Source: Bacillota bacterium (lineage in GTDB: Bacteria > Patescibacteriota > Patescibacteriia > Patescibacteriales > UBA12465). Taken from it: a stretch of 64,000 nt of DNA. Positions 17,096-26,631 of the stretch are shown in pieces. The notes beneath the pieces are model-generated. The model saw only the letters and a program-made list of their open reading frames with translations, had not been told where the DNA came from and did not search any database. Each line of letters begins with the position of its first letter. Position 1 is the stretch's first letter. The translations under genes and the position numbers were made by a program. The DNA lies in NCBI GenBank assembly GCA_050259635.1, contig JBLNBA010000004.1, positions 139,005-203,004 of the forward strand, given 5' to 3'.

Positions 17096-18208
17096 CTAAT
17101 AGTTAATTTTAGACTTGATTATGATATTTTCTATAATCCCCACCAGGATGAAGAGCGAAAAGATGGAACTTCCGCCGTAACTGATGAAGGGCAACGATAA
17201 TCCGACTACCGGGACAACCCCGATATTCATACCAATATTAATAAACATTTGAATAAAAATCAAGCCTGCCGCCCCGAGAATGAAATATATGGAAAAATCA
17301 TTGGGTGCCCTTTTGGCGGCCAGGAAACATCGGCTGAAAAAAACAGCAAAAAAGAATAAGACCAGGCAGACGCCAAGGAACCCTAATTCTTCAGCAATAA
17401 CAGCAAAAATAAAGTCATTCTGAGCCTCGGGTAAGAATTTCAGCTGGGACTGTGAACCGAATCCTACCCCTTTTCCGCTCCAAGAACCCGAGCCAACGGC
17501 AATAATTGCCTGGGAAACGTTATATCCCTCCTGCAGAGCGTTTTCTCCTGGGTTGACAAGAGTGAGGATACGTTGCTTTTGATAGTCTTGGAAGAAAAAA
17601 GCCCAGGCCAGCACGGACAAGATCAATCCCGCACTGATGATGGTAATGAAATATTTCTTAGGAAAGCCGGCTAGCGCCACCAGAACCAACCAGATTGCTC
17701 CAAGGATAAGAGAGGAACCGAAATCAGGCTGCAACATGACCAGGACCATTAGCAAACCGGCACCGAAAAAGGAGGCAATAAAATGTCTCAGAGTCTTTAC
17801 CTTAGTGGCAAGATCAGAAAAATACCCAGACAGGAAGATAAGTAAGATTACTTTTACGAGTTCCACTGGCTGGATGCCAAGACCGGCAATATCGAACCAG
17901 CCGCGAGTACCGCGGGAAACGGAACCGAAGACCAAGACGGAAGCCAGGATAACCACGCCGAATGAATATATGTATTTGCGAATGCTTTTTAGAAAACGAT
18001 AATCGACAAAAGTGAAGCCGAAAAGCAAAGTTAAGCCGATGATAATAAAAAGGATCTGCTTATAAAAATTAAGCAGATCAAGATCGCCCTGCCCCAAAGC
18101 AACGCTGTATATTTCCATCAGACCAAAAGCAGACAATAGGACGACGGCTGCCAATAAGATCCAATCAAAGTTCTTTAAATATAATTTAATCCGGGACCAC
18201 ATATTCAA
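17096..18208 (-). CDS. FtsW/RodA/SpoVE (SEDS) family peptidoglycan polymerase
   Basis: 370 aa, 10 TM; QPVELVK, LQPDFGS, EAQNDFIFAVIAEELGF, SYGGSS motifs. Confidence 0.9.
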   Translation of the reverse strand: MNMWSRIKLYLKNFDWILLAAVVLLSAFGLMEIYSVALGQGDLDLLNFYKQILFIIIGLTLLFGFTFVDYRFLKSIRKYIYSFGVVILASVLVFGSVSRGTRGWFDIAGLGIQPVELVKVILLIFLSGYFSDLATKVKTLRHFIASFFGAGLLMVLVMLQPDFGSSLILGAIWLVLVALAGFPKKYFITIISAGLILSVLAWAFFFQDYQKQRILTLVNPGENALQEGYNVSQAIIAVGSGSWSGKGVGFGSQSQLKFLPEAQNDFIFAVIAEELGFLGVCLVLFFFAVFFSRCFLAAKRAPNDFSIYFILGAAGLIFIQMFINIGMNIGVVPVVGLSLPFISYGGSSIFSLFILVGIIENIIIKSKINY

Positions 18209-19113
18209 CGGACGCGGTAAGGAAGAAAGTTTTCTTTATCTAAGATATTTACATCCGGCTCGACCACGGCTCGAGTAACCCGCTCTCCGGCGGAGGCCCA
18301 AGATACTGATACCTCCCTGCTCTCACCCGATAGAAAATTATCCAGGCGGAACGAGTTCACCGCCGAAGGCAAGGAACCGTTATATAAGATGATATCCAAG
18401 GGAAACTGCAAATAGCTGTAGGCGGATGTGTTTTTTATCGTAAAGCTCAAATCATGGAAAGCATTGCGGCCGCCTCGATTATCACTTTCGTATTTAATCG
18501 GCCCCAATGCCACGTCCATCCTTTCCGAGCGATACTCACTCCAGTCTTGGATCTCATGGGCACTTAGCCGTTGCCAGAATAAATTTGAGATCTCCAAGCG
18601 CACATTGGACGGTTCGTTTACGGTCTCTATGCCGGCGATAAGGAGATTTTTCTCCGAGGCGGGCAATATGAAGCTCTCCCCGCAAGCTATTTTGTCGTCA
18701 CCGGAAACGAGGCAATACTCAAAATTACTAAAATGCTTCAGGTTTGGATTCTTTAGCGGAACGAGAAAATCATGGCGTCCAACCGTCCCAAAAACAGAGA
18801 CTTCACCGATTGCCAGCGGTTGGGGGGTATTGGCGTTGCGATATGCCTGAGTATCAACCAAGTTGGTGGTAAGCTCCCCCGCAAGCTTTTCATCCGCTTT
18901 CTTCCCTTCCAAAAAATAAAAAATGTAATTATAGGTTGAGTAAACAAACATGACAGCGGAAGCGATTATCAAAAAGGCCGCCAAGCCGCGCGTTATTTTA
19001 GGACGATTTTCCGAAAGCCAAAGCCCGAAATGCATCTTGCGCACGGTCAAGCCTTCTCGGTCCTCGTATTTATTCAAATCTATGCCCAATCCGCTACTAT
19101 TCTTCGGATTCAT
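18205..19113 (-). CDS. Hypothetical membrane-anchored protein (first gene of the SEDS operon)
   Basis: 302 aa, one N-terminal TM segment, beta-rich ectodomain; 4-nt overlap with the SEDS gene. Confidence 0.6.
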   Translation of the reverse strand: MNPKNSSGLGIDLNKYEDREGLTVRKMHFGLWLSENRPKITRGLAAFLIIASAVMFVYSTYNYIFYFLEGKKADEKLAGELTTNLVDTQAYRNANTPQPLAIGEVSVFGTVGRHDFLVPLKNPNLKHFSNFEYCLVSGDDKIACGESFILPASEKNLLIAGIETVNEPSNVRLEISNLFWQRLSAHEIQDWSEYRSERMDVALGPIKYESDNRGGRNAFHDLSFTIKNTSAYSYLQFPLDIILYNGSLPSAVNSFRLDNFLSGESREVSVSWASAGERVTRAVVEPDVNILDKENFLPYRVR

Positions 19114-19118
19114 AAGTG

Positions 19119-19149
19119 TGATATAATTAAGAATATTCTGATTATATCA
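19119..19149. promoter_or_regulatory. 31-bp near-palindromic divergent promoter (two extended -10 elements)
   Basis: TGATATAATtaaGAATATTCtgaTTATATCA. TGnTATAAT reads outward on both strands; the implied start sites fall near 19134 for both the 19113 (-) and 19175 (+) genes. Confidence 0.5.
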
Positions 19150-19174
19150 TAAGAGCTTAATTTATTGAATCAAT

Positions 19175-20128
19175 ATGGAGGATTTAATCATTCCCTTGTC
19201 GGTACCGGCAAACCGCCGCTCGACCTATAAGCGGAACTATAAGCTGGCCACCGCGAATACTGGCAAGTTATTGCTGTTTGCCGGTGACCAAAAAATCGAG
19301 CATCTTAACGATGATTTTTACGGCAAAAGCATCGACCCGGAAGACGCCTCGCCGGAACATCTTTTCCTTATTGCCGCAAACATTCCTGGTGCCGTGCTGG
19401 CAACCCATATCGGACTCTTAGACCGCTACGGGCAGGATTATCGTGATCTGCCGTACATCGTTAAACTAAACGGCAAGAGTCCCATCAACCGGGACGAGGA
19501 TGATATTTTCAGCGGTTCCCTGGTATCAAAAGATGATTTGCTCCGTTTTATCGATAACAGCAAATTAAAGATCGTTGGCCTGGGATATACGGTTTATTTA
19601 GGAAGCAAACGCGAAGCCAAGATGCTAAAACAAGCGGCTAAGGCCATCCAAACCGCACACGAAGAAGGCTTGCTCGCCATCATCTGGATGTATCCCCGCC
19701 ACTCAAGCATTAAGAATGAAGAAGATTTGCATCTCATTGCCGGCGGCGCCGGCGTGGCCGCCTCCCTCGGCGCTGATTTCGTCAAGGTGAAATACCCCTA
19801 CAAGAAGCTGGACCCGACCAAGAAGGCGGAAGCCTTTGAAGAAACTATAAAGGCTGCCGGGAGAACCGGCGTTATCTGCGTCGGTGGCAGCCGCTTGCCG
19901 GCAGATCGCCTCCTCCGCCATTTATCCAGACAGCTGGAAGCCGGCTCCAAGGGTTTGGCTATCGGACGCAATCTCCATCAGCGTTCGCTAGAAGAAGCGG
20001 CCGCCTTGGGACGCGCACTCACCGCCATGATCCACAAGGGGGCAAAGACAACCGAAGCGATAAGGATAATGAAGTCAAAGGTACAGATTAAGAAACGAAA
20101 TAAAAGCAAAATCCTCGGACTCTTCTAA
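19175..20128 (+). CDS. Class I aldolase of the DhnA/FbaB (DeoC/LacD) family, probable fructose-bisphosphate aldolase
   Basis: 317 aa; LLLFAGDQKIEH, IIWMYPR, GADFVKVKYP (candidate Schiff-base Lys), GLAIGRNLHQ. Confidence 0.65.
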   Translation: MEDLIIPLSVPANRRSTYKRNYKLATANTGKLLLFAGDQKIEHLNDDFYGKSIDPEDASPEHLFLIAANIPGAVLATHIGLLDRYGQDYRDLPYIVKLNGKSPINRDEDDIFSGSLVSKDDLLRFIDNSKLKIVGLGYTVYLGSKREAKMLKQAAKAIQTAHEEGLLAIIWMYPRHSSIKNEEDLHLIAGGAGVAASLGADFVKVKYPYKKLDPTKKAEAFEETIKAAGRTGVICVGGSRLPADRLLRHLSRQLEAGSKGLAIGRNLHQRSLEEAAALGRALTAMIHKGAKTTEAIRIMKSKVQIKKRNKSKILGLF

Positions 20129-20142
20129 AATTATTTCTCGAA

Positions 20143-20172
20143 TAAAAAAAGGCGCAAACGCGCCTTTTTTAT
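20143..20172. terminator. Bidirectional Rho-independent terminator
   Basis: An A-run, stem GGCGC-aaac-GCGCC, then a T-run, between convergent genes. Confidence 0.75.
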
Positions 20173-20186
20173 TTCTAAATATTTAA

Positions 20187-21629
20187 TTATTTGACCTCAA
20201 CCTTTATCCTATCAGCCAGGCTTGGAGCCCTCCTAATGAATTCTGGGAAGAATTCGAGGTCATACGATTGGATCTCGGGGAATGAGCTTAAATATTCGTT
20301 TATCTGGCGTTCATTGAGATTCACTAACTTTTTCCGGTCAATGATATCCGAGTCGGTCCGCAAAGACATGTTACCTTTGAAATTTGCAGAGATGGAAGCA
20401 GTCCCGGAAGCGGTGTCATAAGTATCAAGGCGGTATTCTACGTCGTTAGAATCAAAGGATGAAAGCTTCTTATCATCAGGCAGCAAGAAAGCGATCTTTG
20501 CTTTGACGAGAGACTCAGCTTGATCCTTTGGAAATAGGGCATAGGCCAATTCACCCGCAGCCGTCACGGTGAAGCTTTCTGTTTCATCACCCAGCTTGCC
20601 GCTAAGTGTTATCGAAGCGGCGTCCTCATTAAGGGAGTAAGCCAGGACCTTGCCTTCGGCCGTAATCTTATCGATTTCTTCCTGAGCCTTATCTTTCAAG
20701 GCCGTCTTGATAGTAGTAACCGCCTGATCTAAGTCTCGCTGCCGGATGTATCTCTTAACCTGGTGACGGTACTCGAAAGGCTTTTCACTGACAGCATAAA
20801 TCTGGTCCTGCAAGCCGAGCCACAGTCCGGGAATAGTGAAGCGAGTAGCTGATATGGCCATATCCAGCGAAGGCTTATCGGCATAAACCTCAGCCTCTAC
20901 GCTTCCTCCGGCTGGTATCGTCGCGGATTCTTTTAACCGAAATAGTTTATTATCCGCACTCAGCAGCCTTGTATTTGCGACTAAAGGTTGGGATTTAGAA
21001 TAATCATTCTTTAGGGTAACCGTTCCAACCACTTCTTCGCCGAGGATCTCTTCTCCGCTTGATTCAATAGATGCCTCCACCGCTATGGGCATCGTGACGA
21101 CCGTGCCTTCTATCTGCCTGGCCTCGGAGTCGTCCGGGCTTTCACTGCCACCGGGAGCCACCCGTATAGACAGACTATCGGCGATCGCTTCGGCTGTGGG
21201 GTGCATGGTGATCTTCAGGCTCGGCAGGAAAAAATATCCCACCGCCAGCAAGAGGATTACGGTCAGGCCGACAAACTGATAGGCTATGCGACGATAGAGG
21301 CTGATAGATTTCTTCGCCGGTTTTCTCCCTCCTTTAGCCGCCGGCAAGGTTCCGTATAAAGGTTTAGGATTATCATTCTTCTGCTTCATGTCCGTTACTA
21401 ATTCGGAGAAGTATTTTTTTTGCGCATCCAGCTCCGCTCTCAGCTTAGGGTCGTCTGCCGGCAAAGAAGCCGGCGGATCTCGGAATAATACTTCCTCGTC
21501 ATCAGCAATGACATCGATGGTAATAGGTTTGGCTTTCGAAGCCGGTTTCTCTTTCTTCACCGCCCGTTTAACGCGCGGTTTTCTAGGAGCAGCCGCTTTC
21601 TTCGCGGGCTCTTTTTTGCTTCGTGGCAT
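20187..21629 (-). CDS. Hypothetical membrane-anchored protein with Lys-rich N-terminus
   Basis: 480 aa; K/R/A/P-rich cytoplasmic head, one TM segment (FVGLTVILLLAVGYFFL), large ectodomain. Confidence 0.6.
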   Translation of the reverse strand: MPRSKKEPAKKAAAPRKPRVKRAVKKEKPASKAKPITIDVIADDEEVLFRDPPASLPADDPKLRAELDAQKKYFSELVTDMKQKNDNPKPLYGTLPAAKGGRKPAKKSISLYRRIAYQFVGLTVILLLAVGYFFLPSLKITMHPTAEAIADSLSIRVAPGGSESPDDSEARQIEGTVVTMPIAVEASIESSGEEILGEEVVGTVTLKNDYSKSQPLVANTRLLSADNKLFRLKESATIPAGGSVEAEVYADKPSLDMAISATRFTIPGLWLGLQDQIYAVSEKPFEYRHQVKRYIRQRDLDQAVTTIKTALKDKAQEEIDKITAEGKVLAYSLNEDAASITLSGKLGDETESFTVTAAGELAYALFPKDQAESLVKAKIAFLLPDDKKLSSFDSNDVEYRLDTYDTASGTASISANFKGNMSLRTDSDIIDRKKLVNLNERQINEYLSSFPEIQSYDLEFFPEFIRRAPSLADRIKVEVK

Positions 21630-21705
21630 AATAGCTTGTTTCCTCCGGGCAAGCCGGAACTAATAAAAAAGGAGAGTCGGCCGCGAGTGCGACCATATGT
21701 GCTTC

Positions 21706-21734
21706 ATTATACCAGATTTTATCTAAGCTCACAA
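21706..21734 (-). promoter_or_regulatory. Sigma70-type promoter of the 480-aa gene
   Basis: Minus strand reads TTGTGA-N17-TATAAT. Confidence 0.5.
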
Positions 21735-21761
21735 TTTTCTCATCTCATTTATAGAGAGTAA

Positions 21762-21804
21762 TAAAAAAAGACGGCAGCTTGAACGGCTAACCGTCTAAAA
21801 AAAA
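21762..21804. terminator. Terminator downstream of dnaE
   Basis: Stem AGACGG/CCGTCT flanked by an A-run and a T-run (aaaaaaagacgg...ccgtctaaaaaaaa). Confidence 0.6.
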
Positions 21805-21813
21805 CTATTAAAT

Positions 21814-24800
21814 TCATTCTTCTTCAAGAGGCTCGACTACTTGCGCCGCATCTTTCAGTGACAAGCGTAGGCGTTGTCGGAGATCGGAATTATTTTCTAC
21901 CGCATAAGCAGTACGGATGACAAGGTCTTTGCCATCGATTGGGACGCGCAGATAGACGGCGTTCTTCCCTTTAGAAGAACCGAGAATCTCTTTCAGGACC
22001 TTCTCTTGATCAGCCAGTGGCGCATTACGAAAAGCAATGCGCAAAGCCGGCTCAGCCTCGGCCGCCGTAATGACAGGCGGCACCTCAATTGGAGGAGGAG
22101 TAACAGGCAGTGCTGGCTTTGCCGGCACGGAACCCGCCGGAAGCTTGCTCCGCCAATTGGACTTATTTCCGCGCCAGCGGCCATTCTCTTTTTCAGCCAA
22201 AATCGTTTTCTTAAAGGCATCGATAGAAGTCCGGGCATCCTCAGGATCAAGGCCGGCGGCGATATCTGCCAAAAGCTTGACATCCGAGTCTTTATCAGAC
22301 AACTTTCCGCTCACTATAACCAGACCGCCATCCTTCCAGATGTCGGCATTATTTTTCAACAGGCTAGGAAATACCAGCACTTCTACGTTAGCGCTCTTAT
22401 CCTCGATCTTCGCGAACAGCATCGTCTCGCCTTTTCTTGTCACGATCTTCTTGAGCGAAGTAATGACCCCGGCCGCGATAATGCGATCATCCCCTCGATG
22501 GGCGCCAAGCTGTGACAAGGGCAAGGCATAACCGGCTAAATCTGAACTGATCGTGGAAAGAGGATTATCGCTGATATATAAACCCAACAATTCCTTTTCC
22601 CAGGTCAAGCGCTCGATCTTCGTCGGCTCCGGAGCATCTAAAAGCTGAGGGCGGTTCAAGCGATCCAGTTCTGGCGCCGAAGCGAAAAGGCTAGCCTGCC
22701 GGCTTTCCGCTTGCTTGCTGATTTCTTTATTAAATGACAGGAAGCGCTCGACATTCGCCAAAAGGATGCCTCGGCCGCCAAAACTGTCCATCGCACCGCT
22801 CTTGATCAGGCTTTCCAAGGATTTCTTATTTAAATCCTTGTCGGTGACTCGCTCAAGCAAATCGTAGACATCGGCAAACGGTCCCCCGCTCTTCCGTTCT
22901 TCAATCAAGACTTCAACGATATGCTCGCCCACATTCTTAATCGCGTTCAATCCGAAACGGATGGTATCAACCTTTTCTCCGGCGGCCGCCGTTTGGTTGG
23001 ATTTGGTTCCGGCCGTGACCACAGTAAAGGAATCAAACGATTCATTGATATCCGGAGGCATCACTTTGAGCCCCATACTCCGGCACTCATCGATCTCAAT
23101 CGCCACCCGGTCGCTATCATGCTGATCGGAGGTGAGAAGAGCGGCCATAAATTCAGTGGGCCAATGGGACTTGAGATAAGCGGTCTGATAAGCGATCAAG
23201 GCATAACAGGCCGCATGGCTGCGATTAAATCCGTAACCGGCAAAAGGTTCGATAAATGAAAAGACTTTTTCGGCCAATTCCTTATACACTCCGTTTTTGA
23301 CGCAGCCATCGATAAATTTCTCCTTTTGCTCGGCTAAAAGGCTGGCAATTTTCTTACCCATGGCCTTGCGCAATACATCGGCTTCGCCGGGAGTGAAACC
23401 CGCTAAGGCGCGGGATATCTGCATCACTTGTTCCTGGTAAATAGCTACTCCGTAGGTCTTGGAAAGGATCGGTTCCAGTTTGGGGTGGAGATAGGAGACA
23501 ACTTTCTGCTTATGCTTGCCGGAAATATAATCAGGGATCCATTCCATCGGCCCCGGGCGATACAAGGCCACCATGGCAATGATATCCTCAAATTCACTAG
23601 GCTTCAGCTCGCGTAAGTAGCGCTTCATTCCCGAAGATTCGAACTGGAATACGCCGGTGGTCTCTCCTTGTTGGAAAAGGCGGTATGATGCTTCGTCTTC
23701 CAAAGGGAGGTTATCGATATCGATTTCTAATCCCCTCGTTTTCTTGATGATACGCAGGGCAGACTCGATGATGGTTAGATTTTTCAAGCCCAGGAAATCC
23801 ATCTTTAACAGGCCGAGATCTTCCACCGGATGCAAAGAATATTGCGAGATCACCGTCTTATCGGATGACGATGCGTATTGGATCGGCACGTACTCGGTCA
23901 AGGGCTTCGGAGTAATGAGCACGCCGCAGGCGTGGGTGGAGGTATGACGGGCTACGCCTTCCAAGCGCTTAGCATAGTCGAGGATGCGCTTCCCTTCCGG
24001 CTCGTTATTATAAATATCTTTCACCTCCGGAACTTCGGCGATAGCTTCGGATAAGGTGGTAAACATCGGGATGCTCTTGGAAATCCGGTCGCAATACTCA
24101 TAAGGGGCCCCCAGGACCCGCCCAACGTCGCGCACCGCCGCCTTAGCTGCCATGGTCCCGAAGGTTATAATCTGGGCGACATGGTCCTGCCCATACTTTT
24201 GTTCGACGTAGCTCAAAACGTCTCCGCGACGGATATCGGCAAAATCCATGTCGATATCGGGCATGGAAATACGATCCGGGTTAAGGAAACGCTCGAACAG
24301 GAGATCGTAGAGCAAAGGATCAAGATTGGTTATGCCCGCCAGATAACAGACAAGCGATCCGGCCGCGCTCCCACGACCTGGGCCGACGACGACCTTATTA
24401 TTCTTGGCCCAATTGACGAAGTCGCTCACGATTAAGAAATATGAAGGCCAGCCCATCTTAAAGACTATTCCTAGCTCATACTCCATGCGTTCGATTATCT
24501 TCTCTAGGCTAAGTGCCGCCGGGATCTTCCCTTCCGGGCCCAGAATATAGTGTCCATCCGCTTTGATAATCCCATATTTCTTTTCCAAGCCTTTCTCGCA
24601 AAGATGGCGTAGATAGGTCTCGCCGTCATAACCATCGGGTACGTTAAAATATGGGAGCTGTATCTCACCGAGAGGTATCGACACATCGCACATTTCCGCA
24701 ATCTTAACCGTATTATGTATGGCTTCTGGAATATGGGCAAAAACTCTTTCCATCTCCGCGGCTGGGCGCATCGAATAATCTCCATGCCCGATCATCCGCA

Positions 24801-25503
24801 TACGGTCCGTATCGTCGATCTTCTTCTTGTTCTGTAAGCACAGCAGAATATCCTGGGCCTCCGCGTCTTCCGGTTTGAAATAATGGACATCATTAGTAGC
24901 CACCAAGGGGATGCCTAATTCCTCTGAAAAAGCGATTAACTGGCGGTTAACCTTGTCCTGTCCCTCCAGTTCCGGGTGATCCTGGACCTCAAGATAATAG
25001 TTTTCACGGCCAAACAGCTGATCAAATTCGATTACCCTTTTCTTGGCCTTTTCCAGCTCGCCCGCCAATATGAGATGAGGGATTTCTCCGCCCAAACAAG
25101 CGCTGCAGGCGATAAGGCCTTCATGATGCTGCTGTAATAGTTCCCAATCTATTCGGGGCTTGTAATAAAAGCCCTCCAGATGAGCGGCCGATACCAGCTT
25201 GATCAGATTATCATAGCCGGTCTTATTCTTAGCCAACAACAAAAGATGGAAGCTCTTGCCATCCGCCCTGGTATGCTTATCGAAACGAGAATTCGGCGCT
25301 ACATAGGCCTCATAGCCGATAATCGGCTTGACCCCCGCTTTTCGGCATTTCTGGTAGAACTCAATGGCGCCATAAAGCACGCCATGATCGGTCAGAGCTA
25401 CGGCATTAGATCCTTCTTCCTTCGCTCTTGAGATAAGCTCATCAATCTTCGTCAGACCGTCTAAAAGCGAATAGTGGCTATGGTTGTGGAGATGCACGAA
25501 CAT
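21814..25503 (-). CDS. dnaE: DNA polymerase III alpha subunit
   Basis: PHP domain starts at MFVHLHNHSHYSLLDG; PDIDMDF, GLLKMDFLGL and FNRSHAACYAL motifs. Start placed at ATG 25503 (track ORF runs to a GTG at 25644). About 130-aa C-terminal extension. Confidence 0.93.
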   Translation of the reverse strand: MFVHLHNHSHYSLLDGLTKIDELISRAKEEGSNAVALTDHGVLYGAIEFYQKCRKAGVKPIIGYEAYVAPNSRFDKHTRADGKSFHLLLLAKNKTGYDNLIKLVSAAHLEGFYYKPRIDWELLQQHHEGLIACSACLGGEIPHLILAGELEKAKKRVIEFDQLFGRENYYLEVQDHPELEGQDKVNRQLIAFSEELGIPLVATNDVHYFKPEDAEAQDILLCLQNKKKIDDTDRMRMIGHGDYSMRPAAEMERVFAHIPEAIHNTVKIAEMCDVSIPLGEIQLPYFNVPDGYDGETYLRHLCEKGLEKKYGIIKADGHYILGPEGKIPAALSLEKIIERMEYELGIVFKMGWPSYFLIVSDFVNWAKNNKVVVGPGRGSAAGSLVCYLAGITNLDPLLYDLLFERFLNPDRISMPDIDMDFADIRRGDVLSYVEQKYGQDHVAQIITFGTMAAKAAVRDVGRVLGAPYEYCDRISKSIPMFTTLSEAIAEVPEVKDIYNNEPEGKRILDYAKRLEGVARHTSTHACGVLITPKPLTEYVPIQYASSSDKTVISQYSLHPVEDLGLLKMDFLGLKNLTIIESALRIIKKTRGLEIDIDNLPLEDEASYRLFQQGETTGVFQFESSGMKRYLRELKPSEFEDIIAMVALYRPGPMEWIPDYISGKHKQKVVSYLHPKLEPILSKTYGVAIYQEQVMQISRALAGFTPGEADVLRKAMGKKIASLLAEQKEKFIDGCVKNGVYKELAEKVFSFIEPFAGYGFNRSHAACYALIAYQTAYLKSHWPTEFMAALLTSDQHDSDRVAIEIDECRSMGLKVMPPDINESFDSFTVVTAGTKSNQTAAAGEKVDTIRFGLNAIKNVGEHIVEVLIEERKSGGPFADVYDLLERVTDKDLNKKSLESLIKSGAMDSFGGRGILLANVERFLSFNKEISKQAESRQASLFASAPELDRLNRPQLLDAPEPTKIERLTWEKELLGLYISDNPLSTISSDLAGYALPLSQLGAHRGDDRIIAAGVITSLKKIVTRKGETMLFAKIEDKSANVEVLVFPSLLKNNADIWKDGGLVIVSGKLSDKDSDVKLLADIAAGLDPEDARTSIDAFKKTILAEKENGRWRGNKSNWRSKLPAGSVPAKPALPVTPPPIEVPPVITAAEAEPALRIAFRNAPLADQEKVLKEILGSSKGKNAVYLRVPIDGKDLVIRTAYAVENNSDLRQRLRLSLKDAAQVVEPLEEE

Positions 25504-25530
25504 GGGAAAACTGCTTATTTTTATGTCTAA

Positions 25531-25559
25531 ATCATACCAACTTTGCCCTGCTAATTCAA
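25531..25559 (-). promoter_or_regulatory. Candidate dnaE promoter
   Basis: Minus strand reads TTGAAT-N17-TATGAT, 28 nt upstream of ATG 25503; supports the shorter start. Confidence 0.5.
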
Positions 25560-25640
25560 TCTTGCCAAAAGGGAGCGATTCTGCCGGGATAAAGAAAAAA
25601 GACAATCCGTAGATTGCCTTTATGGGGTCATTTTTTTGCT

Positions 25641-26516
25641 TCACAAGCTTTGAAGGACATTTTTCAAGTCGGCTCCTAGTCTAAACGTATATATTCCAAA
25701 AGCCAATACTAACATGAGGATGTGCCAAGTAAAACCGTAACAGAGAAAAGGCAAAAGGAAGATAAGCCCCACCATAATAAGTAGGAAGAGCACTTCATGG
25801 TTGTCAGATAATAGGAGTGAAATAAACAGACCACTGAAACAGCATACGAAGAAGACTATAAAGGGTGCGATAAACATCCCAAATACGCTGCCATACCCCT
25901 GATATACGGGTACATCCAATAATACTAAACCCAGGATCAAGGGCAAATATCTCAATAATTTTTGAGGCTTGATCATGATGATAAAAATGGAAGACACCAG
26001 TATTCCTACCGGAAACCAAGGTATCGAGGTATTTTGCGCGGGTAAATGTTGAAGGAATCCATTTCCATATTGGACGCGGTCTGTCTCATAATTTAAAGAC
26101 CCGAAAAGTTTCCAAGCAGGGCGATTAACATGTATTATCGTAAAATTCTCAATTTTACCGGGTTCAAGATAGAACCAGTAATCGGATAAGTGCTTGGTAA
26201 ACATTGTCTGTTCTTCATCCGTAATGGTGTCGATGACAAAATATAAATTTGTTGAAGGTATTCGTATGTCTTTAACGAATTGCTCATCAACTACCAGGGC
26301 CGTGGAATTGATATTGGCAATGACTTTGCCATTGATACGGCTAATTAGCAGGCTGTCATCAATGAGTACATTCTTGCTGGTCGTTTGCAGTAATACATAG
26401 TGTTTTCCCTCAATCCTTTGGATCCTCATTTCGTTTCCTAAACTTTCCTGGCCGATTGAACACAAGGCCAATAATCCCATGGACATCAATATGGCCAATA
26501 ATGCTGCTTTTTTCAT
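25641..26516 (-). CDS. Hypothetical membrane protein (signal peptide plus C-terminal multi-TM region)
   Basis: 291 aa; MKKAALLAILMSMGLLALCS signal, about 170-aa ectodomain, 4-5 C-terminal TM segments; AT-richer than its neighbours. Confidence 0.6.
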   Translation of the reverse strand: MKKAALLAILMSMGLLALCSIGQESLGNEMRIQRIEGKHYVLLQTTSKNVLIDDSLLISRINGKVIANINSTALVVDEQFVKDIRIPSTNLYFVIDTITDEEQTMFTKHLSDYWFYLEPGKIENFTIIHVNRPAWKLFGSLNYETDRVQYGNGFLQHLPAQNTSIPWFPVGILVSSIFIIMIKPQKLLRYLPLILGLVLLDVPVYQGYGSVFGMFIAPFIVFFVCCFSGLFISLLLSDNHEVLFLLIMVGLIFLLPFLCYGFTWHILMLVLAFGIYTFRLGADLKNVLQSL

Positions 26517-26557
26517 GATTCTCTGTTTTGTGAGTTGTTAAACAACTAATAACCCTC

Positions 26558-26586
26558 ATAATAATAGGATATGTCGATATTGTCAA
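26558..26586 (-). promoter_or_regulatory. Sigma70-type promoter of the 291-aa gene
   Basis: Minus strand reads TTGACA-N17-TATTAT. Confidence 0.6.
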
Positions 26587-26601
26587 TAGGTTAAGGGAAA
26601 C

Positions 26602-26630
26602 AAAAAAATCGGCCTCAGCCGACTTTTTAT
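26602..26630. terminator. Terminator downstream of parB
   Basis: aaaaaaaTCGGCctcaGCCGActtttt; 5-bp GC stem flanked by A- and T-runs. Confidence 0.55.
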
Positions 26631-26631
26631 A

